Source of the DNA: an uncultured Alphaproteobacteria bacterium
Lineage (GTDB): Bacteria; Pseudomonadota; Alphaproteobacteria; UBA828
Assembly: GCA_913053235.1 (NCBI GenBank)
Contig: CAJXFT010000002.1
Location: 1 to 62,183, forward strand
Direction of reading: 5' to 3'
Length of the DNA stretch: 62,183 nucleotides
Made by a program: the position numbers and the translations under genes. The notes under the pieces are model-generated. The model did not search any database and was not told the origin of the DNA. It saw only the letters and a program-made list of their open reading frames with translations. Shown piece by piece: positions 1 to 9,067 of the stretch (positions are counted from its first letter, which is position 1; each line of letters begins with the position of its first letter).

Positions 1-1
1 G

Positions 2-190
2 TATCTGCCGCCCTATTCGCCCGACTTCAACCCCATTGAGATGGCCTTCTCCAAGCTCAAGGCCGCCCTGCGAAAAGCCGCCCTGCGCACCAAAGACGAG
101 CTCTGGCAGATCATCGCCGAAGCCATCGACGACTTCACACCCACTCAATGTCAAAATTACTTCACCGCAGCAGGGTATGAACCGGATTAA
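2..190 (+). mobile_element. IS630-family DDE transposase, C-terminal fragment (gene runs off the left edge of the window)
   Basis: Frame 2 reads YLPPYSPDFNPIEMAFSKLKAALRKAALRTKDELWQIIAEAIDDFTPTQCQNYFTAAGYEPD*. The YSPDxNPIE block followed by a K/R-rich helix is the catalytic-Glu region at the C-terminus of IS630/Tc1-mariner transposases. TAA at 188-190. Confidence 0.75.
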
Positions 191-316
191 ATTGAATCTG
201 CTTTAGAAGCGGACATTTTCATTTGAGTTTGTTCGATATGAAGCCGTGCCCGCCACGCGCCAGCGAAAGGCGAATTCTTGCGGCGCGGCGTGACCGGCCT
301 CGGCGTGCGCTGTCGA

Positions 317-1051
317 TTATCCACGCACCTCGGGGCGCTTTGGAGAGCCGACAAATTCGCGGCGGCCGTGCGGTCGGTCGGCGCCGAAATGCTTGAAGGC
401 GATCTCACTGGATTCAGCTATGTGCGCCGCCATCAGCGTTTCGGCGCTGCCGCCGTCACCGGCCTCAATCGCTTTCAAAACCTCGCCATGCTGTCGCCAG
501 CCACGCTTCAACTGCGTGGCCGGGTATTTGTAGCGCGAGCGGTGTGTAATGGTCACCGCCAGAACCTGGCGCTCCACCGTCAACAGGAGCTGGCTGCCGG
601 CGGCGACGGCGACGGCCTCGTGGAAGGCGAGGTCGGCCTGAGCCTGATCCTGCGCGGTTCCGGTTTTACCCAGGCGCTGCTGTGCCGCCAGGGCGTCGGC
701 CACCCGGTCGATCTTGATCCGGTCGCCGTTCTCGGCCGCGAGGCGCGCCGAATGCGATTCCAGCAGCCGCCTGAGCGCGTAGATCTGTTTGATGTCGCTC
801 TGCGTGACACGGCTCACGCGGGCGCATTGGTTGGGGATAAGATCGACCAGCCCCTCGCCGCTCAAGGTGAAGAGCGCCTCGCGTATCGGCGTGCGGCTTA
901 CCCGCAGCTCCTCGGCCAGGCGGCGCTCGCGCAACTGCTGGCCGGGGCCGAGGATGCCGGCCAGGATCGCCTTGCGCAGGACATGGGCGATGCCCTCGCT
1001 GGTGCGCACGGCCATCGGGCCGCTAATCAGATCCGCCAACAGGCCGGGCAT
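317..1051 (-). CDS. GntR-family transcriptional regulator (FadR/FCD subfamily)
   Basis: 244-aa ORF. N-terminal GntR winged HTH (RRLAEELRVSRTPIREALFTLSGEGLV) and an all-helical FCD-like C-terminal domain. ATG 1051 is preceded by GGGAG and lies 7 nt after the stop of the HD-domain gene. Confidence 0.85.
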   Translation of the reverse strand: MPGLLADLISGPMAVRTSEGIAHVLRKAILAGILGPGQQLRERRLAEELRVSRTPIREALFTLSGEGLVDLIPNQCARVSRVTQSDIKQIYALRRLLESHSARLAAENGDRIKIDRVADALAAQQRLGKTGTAQDQAQADLAFHEAVAVAAGSQLLLTVERQVLAVTITHRSRYKYPATQLKRGWRQHGEVLKAIEAGDGGSAETLMAAHIAESSEIAFKHFGADRPHGRREFVGSPKRPEVRG

Positions 1052-1058
1052 TGAACGG

Positions 1059-1724
1059 TTACTCCCTGGCTAGGCCGAGCAACAGGCTTCGGCTGCTCGC
1101 GATCTCGCGCTGGCACTTCACATCGATGTCGGTGTCGTGCGCGGATTCGAGCGCTTGCAGGGCGCTCTCGAAAAGCGGAAGTGCGGCGGTCAGCGCCAGC
1201 GAGGGGCGGATGCGCTCGACGCTGTAATCGAGCTTCTCTCTCGCCTGTTCCACTGTGTAACGCCCGCTGCGCACCCACTCGACGGTGAGCCAATCCGAGG
1301 TTTCGAGGAAGGACAGGGAATCGGCCGCCTGCACGAAATCGGCCTCCCAGTTGCCGCCGATCTCATGCCTGAGGACGAGCCGGCGGACGCGCCGGATGTA
1401 ACCTTCATCCGGCGCCGGCGAGCGCTCGCACAACCATTTCTCGACGATGTCGGCGGAGCGGATCGAATGGGCGAAAAGGTAATCGGGGTCGTCAAAACCG
1501 TCGCTCGGCGTGCTCGTCGGGCCGCCGGGGAAATGCCGCTCGGCATCGTGCACCAGCGTCGCCAGCTTGACTTCGGCGGAGGCCTCCGGGCACAGCTTCA
1601 TCACCCACATCCGGGCGCATAGCAGATGTTCGAGCTGATAGAAGCCGTCCAGCCATTCGACGGCATCCGCCTCGATCGGCGAAAGGCCCGCATTGGCATA
1701 GCGCCCGGCGGCGGCGCTACCCAT
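1059..1724 (-). CDS. HD-superfamily metal-dependent phosphohydrolase-like protein (uncharacterised)
   Basis: ORF 1059-1763. The preferred start ATG at 1724 shares one base with the TGA of the upstream Mo subunit (TGATG on the minus strand). H..HD..H/D pattern (LEHLL, LVHDAERH, LRHEIGG). No closer family recognised. Confidence 0.55.
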   Translation of the reverse strand: MGSAAAGRYANAGLSPIEADAVEWLDGFYQLEHLLCARMWVMKLCPEASAEVKLATLVHDAERHFPGGPTSTPSDGFDDPDYLFAHSIRSADIVEKWLCERSPAPDEGYIRRVRRLVLRHEIGGNWEADFVQAADSLSFLETSDWLTVEWVRSGRYTVEQAREKLDYSVERIRPSLALTAALPLFESALQALESAHDTDIDVKCQREIASSRSLLLGLARE

Positions 1725-4087
1725 CACGGATTCGCCCCCTTGGCGTTCTTCAGAGCGCGCCACACGCTCTCCGGAGTCAATGGCAGTCGGGAGAGTTCGA
1801 CGCCGAACTCAGACAGCGCATCGCACAGCGCGTTGGCCAGCGCAGCCGCCGGCGGGATGGTGCCGACCTCGCCGACGCCGCGCTCGCCGAAACTGGTGAC
1901 CGGAGAGGGAATCTCGCTGTGCAGCAGTTCGATCGGCGGCACATCCGCCGCCGTCGGCATGAAATAGTCGAGCATGCTGCCGCTCACCAGCTGGCCGGTA
2001 TCGGGATCGTAGATCAGGTCCTCGGAGAGCGCCGCGCCCAGCCCCTGCACCAGGCCGCCCAGCACCTGACCCTCGACCAGTAGCGGGTTAACCGCGGTGC
2101 CGCAGTCATGCACCATCACCAAGCGATCGACGCTGAACTCGCCGCTCTCGGGATCGGCCGCAACCACCGCCGCCGCCGTGCCGAAGGAGAAAGCCGCTTC
2201 GTCGGGCGCGTAATGCGCGCTCGCTTCAAGGCCCGGCGTCTCTTCTGGCGGAATGCCCTGGCCGATGATGGCGCGGGTGAAGATATCGCTGAGCGCCAGG
2301 CTGCGCGAGTGGTCGTCGCGCAAGCGTACCACTTGGCCGCTCACCTCCAGCGCCTCGGGCGCCGTCTCAAGCACCCAGGCGGCGATGCGCAAGGCCTTGC
2401 CGCGCAGCTCATCGGCGGCTTCGCGGATCGCCCCGGCGGCGGCGATCAGGGTACGCGAGGCGAAGGCGCCGGTGTTGAGGGGCGACGAGGCGGTGTCGCC
2501 GGCATGGACGTGGATCGATTCGTAATCGACGGCCAAAATCTCGGCGCAGATCTGGGCAAAGGCGGTCTCGCTGCCCTGTCCGAAGGTCGAGACGCCGGTG
2601 TAGAGATCGATGTCACCGGAGCGGTTGGCGCGCAAAGTCACGCTCTCATGGGCGCCGAAAATCGAGCCCCGGTTGGCGAGGAAGCGGGCGCTGGCATAGC
2701 CGGTGCGCTCGACAAAAGAAGCAAAGCCGATCCCCTTCAGGCGGCCATCGCCGTCGGCCCGCCGGGGCGCGGCGCGGTGCGCGGCATAACCGACGGCTTC
2801 GCCGGCCATGCGCAGCGTCTTCACGTAATCGCCGCTGTCATAGACGGCGCCGCTCGGGGTTTTCCACGGCAGATCCTCCGGCCTGAGCATGTTGCGCTCG
2901 CGGAATTCGAGCGCATCGAGCCCAAGCCGGCGCGCCAGCCTGTCGATCAGGACCTCGCGGGCGAAATTGACCTCCGGCTGGCCGTAGCCCCGATAGGCGC
3001 CGATCGGCGTCTTGTTGGTCACGGCGACGCGCCGCTCGGCCACGGCGTCGGCCAGCTTATAGGGTCCGGTGAAGACGACGCTGGAGAGCTGCGCCGAGCC
3101 GAACGAGGAGTTCCAGGCGCCGAGGTCGGTGGTGTAGCGGTTGGTGATGGCGCTGATCTCGCCGTCGGTCCGGGCACCGATGGCAAAGTCGAACACCGCC
3201 TCGCGCGCATGTGTGCTGGCGCGGAAATATTCGAGGCGGTCCTCGATCCACTTGACCGGGCGGCCGAGCGCCATGGCGTGCAGGGCGGCGAGCAGGTCCT
3301 CCGGATAGATTCCCAGCTTCTGGCCGAACCCGCCGCCAACATCGGATGCGGCAACGCGGATGCAGCCCTCGTCGAGGCGTAGCGATTCGGCGAGCTGATG
3401 GCGCAACAGATGCGGCGTCTGGGTCGAGGCGTAAACCGAAAGCTGGCGCGCTCCGGGGCGCCAACGGGCGACGACGCCGCGCCCCTCCATCGCCATCGCA
3501 GTCACGCGGTTGATGCGGAAGCGTTCCCCGACGACTATGTCGGCCTCGGCCATGCGTTCCTCGGGCACGCCGGCGCGGTCCTCGTGACGTGCCAAGAGGT
3601 TGCTGTCCAGCACGCCGGGATGAAGAACCGGCGCATCTTCCGCCAGGGCTTGCAGCGTATCGGTGACATGGGGCAGCGGCTCATAATCGATGTCGATCAA
3701 TTCGAGCGCGTCCTCGGCGAGCGCGCGGCTGGTCGCCACCACGCTCACCACCGGCTGCCCCTCATGGATCGCGCGCTCCCCGGCCAACGCATAATAGGGC
3801 AGCTCCGGCGCGCCGGGCACCGGCCGCAAGACAGTCAGCGGCGCGCTCAGGGCGCGCACATCGGCGCCGGTCAGGATATGTTCGACGCCCGCCAGGGCGA
3901 GGGCAGGGGAGACGTCGAGCCCGCGAATTTCGGCATGCGGGAAGGGGCAGCGGCCGACCGCCATTTCGAGCTGATGCGCCGATTGCACATCGTCGGTGAA
4001 GCAGCCGTCACCGCGCAGCAGCCGGTCGTCCTCCTTGCGCGGCAGCGAGGCGCCGATAAGGCTGCGTTGCGCCGCCACCGCGCTCAT
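1724..4087 (-). CDS. Xanthine-oxidase/CoxL-family molybdopterin-binding large subunit (set 1)
   Basis: 787 aa. N-terminal SLPRKEDDRLLRG, loop GAYRGYGQPE, and C-terminal FGERGVGEVGTIPPAAALANA carrying the family catalytic Glu. Lacks the form-I CODH loop VAYRCSFR. ATGA overlap with the 2Fe-2S subunit at 4084-4087. Confidence 0.9.
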   Translation of the reverse strand: MSAVAAQRSLIGASLPRKEDDRLLRGDGCFTDDVQSAHQLEMAVGRCPFPHAEIRGLDVSPALALAGVEHILTGADVRALSAPLTVLRPVPGAPELPYYALAGERAIHEGQPVVSVVATSRALAEDALELIDIDYEPLPHVTDTLQALAEDAPVLHPGVLDSNLLARHEDRAGVPEERMAEADIVVGERFRINRVTAMAMEGRGVVARWRPGARQLSVYASTQTPHLLRHQLAESLRLDEGCIRVAASDVGGGFGQKLGIYPEDLLAALHAMALGRPVKWIEDRLEYFRASTHAREAVFDFAIGARTDGEISAITNRYTTDLGAWNSSFGSAQLSSVVFTGPYKLADAVAERRVAVTNKTPIGAYRGYGQPEVNFAREVLIDRLARRLGLDALEFRERNMLRPEDLPWKTPSGAVYDSGDYVKTLRMAGEAVGYAAHRAAPRRADGDGRLKGIGFASFVERTGYASARFLANRGSIFGAHESVTLRANRSGDIDLYTGVSTFGQGSETAFAQICAEILAVDYESIHVHAGDTASSPLNTGAFASRTLIAAAGAIREAADELRGKALRIAAWVLETAPEALEVSGQVVRLRDDHSRSLALSDIFTRAIIGQGIPPEETPGLEASAHYAPDEAAFSFGTAAAVVAADPESGEFSVDRLVMVHDCGTAVNPLLVEGQVLGGLVQGLGAALSEDLIYDPDTGQLVSGSMLDYFMPTAADVPPIELLHSEIPSPVTSFGERGVGEVGTIPPAAALANALCDALSEFGVELSRLPLTPESVWRALKNAKGANP

Positions 4088-4569
4088 CCGACGGCCTCGC
4101 CGTCGCCGAGATAATCCTCGACCGCCCGGACGATGCCGTCATAGCCGGTGCAACGGCAGAGAACGCCGCTCAGCTCGCCGCGGATTTCATCGCGCGAGAA
4201 TTTGCGCCCGCTGGATTTAAGGCCGGTCGCCAGCATCAGGAAGCCCGGCGTGCAGAAGCCGCATTGCAGCGCGTGGCGCTTCTTGAAGGCGGCTTGCAAA
4301 TCGCTCAGCCGATCGTCCTCGGCCAGGGATTCGACCGTTCTCACATCGGCGCCTTCCAACTGCATCGCCAGAAGCAGGCAGGATTTGACCGCCTCGCCGT
4401 CGAGCAGGATGGTGCACATGCCGCACACGCCCTGTTCGCAGCCGACATGGGTGCCGGTCAGCCCCAACCGGTGGCGCAGGAAATCGGCCGCATGCATGCG
4501 CGCCGGCGCCTCGGCCGACACCTCCCGCCCGTTTACGCGAAGGCTTATGCTGTGTTCGTTCGAACTCAT
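4084..4569 (-). CDS. (2Fe-2S)-binding small subunit, CoxS-like (set 1)
   Basis: 161 aa. Motifs GCEQGVCGMCTILLDG and QCGFCTPG...CRCTGY indicate two [2Fe-2S] sites typical of Mo-hydroxylase small subunits. Confidence 0.9.
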   Translation of the reverse strand: MSSNEHSISLRVNGREVSAEAPARMHAADFLRHRLGLTGTHVGCEQGVCGMCTILLDGEAVKSCLLLAMQLEGADVRTVESLAEDDRLSDLQAAFKKRHALQCGFCTPGFLMLATGLKSSGRKFSRDEIRGELSGVLCRCTGYDGIVRAVEDYLGDGEAVG

Positions 4570-4584
4570 GCGCGATCCCCGGGC

Positions 4585-5208
4585 CTACATCCGCAACAAA
4601 ATGATCAGGGCAAGGATGGCCGCGGCGGCGCCAAAAAACGCCGCCGCCTTGGCCCATGGGTCGCCTCGCGGCGGTGCTGGAACTTGGGCCGGCATGGCCG
4701 CGGGTTCTCGCTTGGCAGTGGCCGCTCTTTGGGTTTTTTGTTCGACCGGGGCCGTCGCCCCCGCGCCCGACAGCGCGCGCTGCAGATTGCTTGCGAATTC
4801 GGCGGTCACCTTTGCCGCCTGCTTGGTGATTATCGCGTTTCCGACCGTGCCGAGCACGCCGGCCAGCGCCGCCTCGCCTTCGACCACCACATCGGTCTCG
4901 TCGCCGACCGCCGTCAGGGTGACCGAGTTCTGCGTCCGGAAATGGCCGAGCGCGCCGCGTACCGCCTTGCCGGTCGAGGTGAATTCGATGCGCTCCTCAT
5001 GGACGCGCTCGGTGATGCGCACCTTGGCCTCGAAGGTGGCCGACATCGGCCCCAGCTTCTGGGTCGTGCGCACGGAAAGGCAATCATCCTCGAGCAGCTC
5101 GGCCTTCTCGACGCCGGGGATGCAATTCGCCACCTGCAGGGGTTGCTCGAAAAAGAGCCACACTTTGCCGATTTTCTCGGCGACGCGGAACTCCTGGCGG
5201 AATTTCAT
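4585..5208 (-). CDS. CoxG-like SRPBCC protein with a C-terminal hydrophobic tail anchor
   Basis: Start ATG 5208 (MKFRQEFRVAEKIGKVW...), 17 nt after the FAD-subunit stop. CoxG/SRPBCC-like core of about 150 aa, an Ala/Pro-rich linker, and a terminal helix AAAFFGAAAAILALIILLRM. The ORF-track extension to 5373 is rejected. Confidence 0.75.
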   Translation of the reverse strand: MKFRQEFRVAEKIGKVWLFFEQPLQVANCIPGVEKAELLEDDCLSVRTTQKLGPMSATFEAKVRITERVHEERIEFTSTGKAVRGALGHFRTQNSVTLTAVGDETDVVVEGEAALAGVLGTVGNAIITKQAAKVTAEFASNLQRALSGAGATAPVEQKTQRAATAKREPAAMPAQVPAPPRGDPWAKAAAFFGAAAAILALIILLRM

Positions 5209-5224
5209 CTCGCAGCCGAGGCCC

Positions 5225-6088
5225 TTAGCCTTGCGCCGAGAGGCGCAGGTCGCGCAACGCCTTGGCGATGTAGCGCGGCACGAGATGGGCGCGGTATTCC
5301 GCCGAGCCGCGAATATCGCTGGGCGGGTCGATGGCGCCGAGCGCGGCCTCGCCCGCCGCCGCGATATCGGCATCGCTCAGGCTGCTGCCTTCCAAGAGCG
5401 CCATGCTCGCCTCGGCCAGCACCGGCCTGTCATTGACCCCGCCCAGACCGATGCGAAGGCCGTGCCACCCACCGTCGGCGGAAAAATGCCCGGTGGCGGC
5501 CACCGAAAGCACGGCGAAATCATTATGCCGGCGGCACAGCTCGTGGAAGGCGAAATGCGGCGGATGCACCGCAAAGCGGATCTCGGTCAGCAGCTCGTCC
5601 GCCTCCAGCGCGGTCGCATAGGCGCCGTCGTAAAAATCCTCGATGGCGATCATGCGCGCGCCGGCCGGGCCGACGGCATTGATCTCGGCGCCGAGCACGA
5701 GACAGCCGAGCGGCATCTCGCTCGCCGGATCGCCCTGCACCAGGCTGCCGCCGATGGTCCCGCGCCTGCGTATTTGGTGATCGCCGATAAAGCGCACCAT
5801 GGTGGCGAGCAGCGGCAGCCTGGCGGCGATCAGCGGCGACGTCTCCAGGGTGGCGTGGCGGACCAGGGCGCCGAGATGCGTCTCCTCGCCTTGCGCCGTC
5901 ACTTCGGCGAGCTCCGAGAGCGCGTTGATATCGATCAGCGCCGCCGGGCGCCAGAGGCGCATGTTGAGCATCGGCATCAGGCTCTGCCCGCCGGCGAGCA
6001 GGCGCGCCTCGCCATCGTAATCCTCCATATAGCGCAGCGCTTCCGCCACCCCGGTCGCACGGTGATAGATGAAATCGGCGGCCTTCAC
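5225..6088 (-). CDS. FAD-binding medium subunit, CoxM-like (set 1)
   Basis: GTG 6088 overlaps the stop of the upstream gene (GTGA). VKAADFIYHRATGVAEAL...LLAGGQSLMPMLNMRL and IRRRGTIGGSL match the FAD_binding_5/CO_deh_flav_C pattern. Only two Cys residues, so no Fe-S insertion. Confidence 0.85.
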   Translation of the reverse strand: MKAADFIYHRATGVAEALRYMEDYDGEARLLAGGQSLMPMLNMRLWRPAALIDINALSELAEVTAQGEETHLGALVRHATLETSPLIAARLPLLATMVRFIGDHQIRRRGTIGGSLVQGDPASEMPLGCLVLGAEINAVGPAGARMIAIEDFYDGAYATALEADELLTEIRFAVHPPHFAFHELCRRHNDFAVLSVAATGHFSADGGWHGLRIGLGGVNDRPVLAEASMALLEGSSLSDADIAAAGEAALGAIDPPSDIRGSAEYRAHLVPRYIAKALRDLRLSAQG

Positions 6089-7182
6089 GGCTTGTCCTCC
6101 CAGGATGGCGTCGTCGCCACGCGGACACCCGAAAGACGCTGAAGCACGTGATCGATCGGCGATTTTGCCTTCGACATCTGGCCCTTGTTTTGGCGCTGGC
6201 TCCACACCGTCTCGGGGCGAACCTGGAGCACCGATATGGCGCCCTTTTCGTCGACCGCCCATTCGATGTCCTGCGCCCCGCCGCGCCGTTCCTCGATATG
6301 TTTGGCCAGCCTCGCCAGTTCCAGCGCTTCCGCGTCGGTGATGCAGACGGCGTCGCGCCGCTCAGGCTCGACCGGCAACAGAGCGACGGCGCCGGTGGCA
6401 GGATCGAAGCGATACTCCTCCGGCTGCGCGGCGGCATCCTTCTTGATGATTTCGAAGGTGACCTTGTCGATGGTGAAGCGGTCCGGCGTCACGTCGCCCT
6501 TGACCACGCCCTCGCCGAGGCCCCAACAACCCTCCATGACGATCTTGGAGCGGTCGCCGTTGAGCGGGTCGAGGGTGAACATCACGCCGGCGGCGCGCGC
6601 CTCGACCATCTGCTGGATGCCGACGCAGATCGCGGCGTCCGCCACGGTTGCAGCGTCCGCCCCTTCATGGCGATAGGAAAGCACGGCCTCGCCGAACATG
6701 CTGGCCCAGCAGCCCCGCATGTCGCGCAGCACCGCTTCGGTGCCGGAGATCCAGAGATAGGTGTCGTATTGGCCGGCGAAGCTGGCCCCGGCGAGATCTT
6801 CCGATTCGCCGCTCGAGCGAACCGCGACCGGCACGCCGTCCCGGCCCGTCTTCTCTTCCAGAGCGGCGTAATTGCTTCGCACCGCCTCTTCGAGGTCGCC
6901 CGGCAGCGCCGCCGATTGGATGCCCTTCACCAGATCGGCGGTAAGCTCTTTAATCTTGGACAAATCCGTGGATTTCGCCGCCTGGCGCACGCGCGCGGCC
7001 TCCGTTTCCAGCCCCGTACGGCTCATGAAATGGCGATAGGCGGCGGTGGTGACGCCGAAACCCGCCGGTACGGCGAAGCCGGCGGCCATCATCTCGGCGA
7101 GATTGGCGAACTTGCCGCCGAGCAGGGCGTTGCCCGGCGCGCCATCCTGGTCGAGCCACAGGATGAAGGGATCCGCGGTCAT
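6085..7182 (-). CDS. PEP-synthase/PPDK N-terminal ATP-grasp domain protein (phenylphosphate synthase beta, PpsB-like)
   Basis: 365 aa. Motifs GGKFANLAEM, VAVRSSGESEDLAGASFAGQYDTYL and GVMFTLDPLNGDRSKIVMEGCWGLGEGVVKGDVTPD are canonical PPDK_N nucleotide-binding motifs. ATGA overlap with the upstream gene at 7179-7182. Confidence 0.8.
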   Translation of the reverse strand: MTADPFILWLDQDGAPGNALLGGKFANLAEMMAAGFAVPAGFGVTTAAYRHFMSRTGLETEAARVRQAAKSTDLSKIKELTADLVKGIQSAALPGDLEEAVRSNYAALEEKTGRDGVPVAVRSSGESEDLAGASFAGQYDTYLWISGTEAVLRDMRGCWASMFGEAVLSYRHEGADAATVADAAICVGIQQMVEARAAGVMFTLDPLNGDRSKIVMEGCWGLGEGVVKGDVTPDRFTIDKVTFEIIKKDAAAQPEEYRFDPATGAVALLPVEPERRDAVCITDAEALELARLAKHIEERRGGAQDIEWAVDEKGAISVLQVRPETVWSQRQNKGQMSKAKSPIDHVLQRLSGVRVATTPSWEDKP

Positions 7183-9053
7183 GCGGCGGCTCTCTCCACC
7201 ACCCGCACCATGCCCTCATTGCCGTCGACTTCGATGACATCGCCGGTCTTGATCGTCGCCGTGGCGAAACCGACGCCGACGACGGCGGGCAGCCCGTATT
7301 CGCGCGAGATGATCGCCGTGTGCGCCATCATGCCGCCGACGTCGGAGACCGCCGCGGCGATGCGCGAGAATACCGGCGCCCAGCTCGGCGCGGTGATCCG
7401 GCAGACCAGGATTTCACCATCCTCGACCTCGAACAGATCCTCGTAATTGGTGACGATACGCGCCCGCCCCGACGCCTTTCCGCCCGCCGCGGGAACGCCG
7501 CGCAGCGCGTCGCCCGCGGCGTCGGGATCGACGCCGAGCCATTCCTCGACGGTCTCGGCGGTGATGCCCCACAGCATGATGGTGAGCGGCTCGGTAATGA
7601 TCGAGGGCGGCGTTCCCAGGGCCGGCGGCGGCACCCACTTGGCCAGCACATCGCGGATTTGCCGCCGCCGCTTGACGATCGGCCGCCAGTAGATCTCGCC
7701 GCGCGACTGGCTGCCGGTGGCCCAGCCGATGATCAGATCGTAAAGCGCGTCATAGACCTCGTGACGATGCAGGTAGAATAAATCCTCGCGGTCGTCGATG
7801 AAGTTGTGGGCGACGAACACATCGGCAAGCTCGCGCACTTTCGACCAGAAGGTCGTGTGGTGCCAATGCTCGACGAAGAAATTGTGATCCTCGACAAAGG
7901 GAAAAACCTTCCAGTTGAGCGCCAGCAGGCCGTCGAAAGCCTCGCGGTCCTGGTCCGTCGGCAGCAACCCGCGATATTCTTCCGTCACCTGGCGGCGCTT
8001 CTCGAGCAGGCTTTCAAGCGGGCGGCTGATATCCTCGCCGCGGCCGAGCGCCTCGACATAGCCGCGCATCGCCATCAGCGGCAGGCGCAAATCGTCGATC
8101 CACACCGGATCGGAATGGGTATAGCCGACGCCGGTGGAGAAGTGGAACCAGGGCTCCTTCGCCGCCTCGAAGGCATCCAGCCATTTGCTACCGCCTTCGG
8201 CCTTGGCCATGGCCGCCAGCATCGCGTCCGGATCGTCATGGCCGGTGACGATATCGGCGAGCTTCAACTCGACCGCCAGTTCGGCCAGCTTGCGCAGCTC
8301 GTCGTCCGGCCGCATCAACATGTTATCGACGCCGCATACCATTTGCGTCAGCGTGCGGTCGGTTACGCCGGGAAACGCCTGCTGGCAGAACTCGCGGAAG
8401 GTCAGATAGGCGCCGTAGCCGAGATTTAGCATCTCAAAATGGTAGGAGCCCATCTCCAGCATGTTCTCGATCAGCCGGTTATATGTGCTGAGCAGATCGT
8501 GCGAGGAATAGACGCCGCGATGGCTGAAGACATTCTCCTCCGGGTCGAGCTCCGGAAGCGGATGGAACTCGATCTCTTTCAAGCGTGCGATGCAGTCCCT
8601 CGCCTTTTCCTCCCAATTGACATAGATCTCGTCCCAATTCTCGAAATAGTGACCGGCGCGGCGGGTGAAATGCTCATTTCGCTCGGCGATTTTTTCGGGA
8701 TCGGTGACGCCGTTCGGGCTGATATAGATGTAGCCGTTGACGAGGCGGTGATCGATCCCCATGGCCACCGGTATGGGCCACACCCGGCTCGCCATCTGGC
8801 TCGCCGCCACCCACCAGTTCTCGGTCATGATGGTATCGAACGGATAGAGCGGCTCCGGGTTGTGCATGCCATCGAAGAACCAGAACTTGCCGTCCTCCAT
8901 CTCCTGCCGCTCGGCGCTGAACAGATAATAATATGGATAAAGCTCTTCCCAGCCCTCGGCCCCTTCGGGCGTCGGCAGCTTGAACGGGCTTGGGAAGCGC
9001 TCATTCGCCTCCCCCGTCTGCTGCATCGCATCGCTGCCAGACTTTTCGGTCAT
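7179..9053 (-). CDS. PEP-utilising swivel-His domain protein (phenylphosphate synthase alpha, PpsA-like)
   Basis: 624 aa. Large N-terminal domain of unknown specificity plus a C-terminal mobile domain with the phospho-His motif GGMMAHTAIISREYGLPAVVGVG. No PEP/pyruvate-binding TIM-barrel domain follows. Size and architecture match the ~70 kDa subunit of phenylphosphate synthase. Confidence 0.75.
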   Translation of the reverse strand: MTEKSGSDAMQQTGEANERFPSPFKLPTPEGAEGWEELYPYYYLFSAERQEMEDGKFWFFDGMHNPEPLYPFDTIMTENWWVAASQMASRVWPIPVAMGIDHRLVNGYIYISPNGVTDPEKIAERNEHFTRRAGHYFENWDEIYVNWEEKARDCIARLKEIEFHPLPELDPEENVFSHRGVYSSHDLLSTYNRLIENMLEMGSYHFEMLNLGYGAYLTFREFCQQAFPGVTDRTLTQMVCGVDNMLMRPDDELRKLAELAVELKLADIVTGHDDPDAMLAAMAKAEGGSKWLDAFEAAKEPWFHFSTGVGYTHSDPVWIDDLRLPLMAMRGYVEALGRGEDISRPLESLLEKRRQVTEEYRGLLPTDQDREAFDGLLALNWKVFPFVEDHNFFVEHWHHTTFWSKVRELADVFVAHNFIDDREDLFYLHRHEVYDALYDLIIGWATGSQSRGEIYWRPIVKRRRQIRDVLAKWVPPPALGTPPSIITEPLTIMLWGITAETVEEWLGVDPDAAGDALRGVPAAGGKASGRARIVTNYEDLFEVEDGEILVCRITAPSWAPVFSRIAAAVSDVGGMMAHTAIISREYGLPAVVGVGFATATIKTGDVIEVDGNEGMVRVVERAAA

Positions 9054-9067
9054 GCTCGAGCACCTCG

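Noticed and set aside
1724-6088. Set 1 plus the PpsAB-like genes as an anaerobic phenol pathway with 4-hydroxybenzoyl-CoA reductase.
   Set aside because: The FAD subunit has only two Cys and no [4Fe-4S] insertion characteristic of 4-HBCR. The window has no UbiD/UbiX-type phenylphosphate carboxylase, no PpsC and no CoA ligase.
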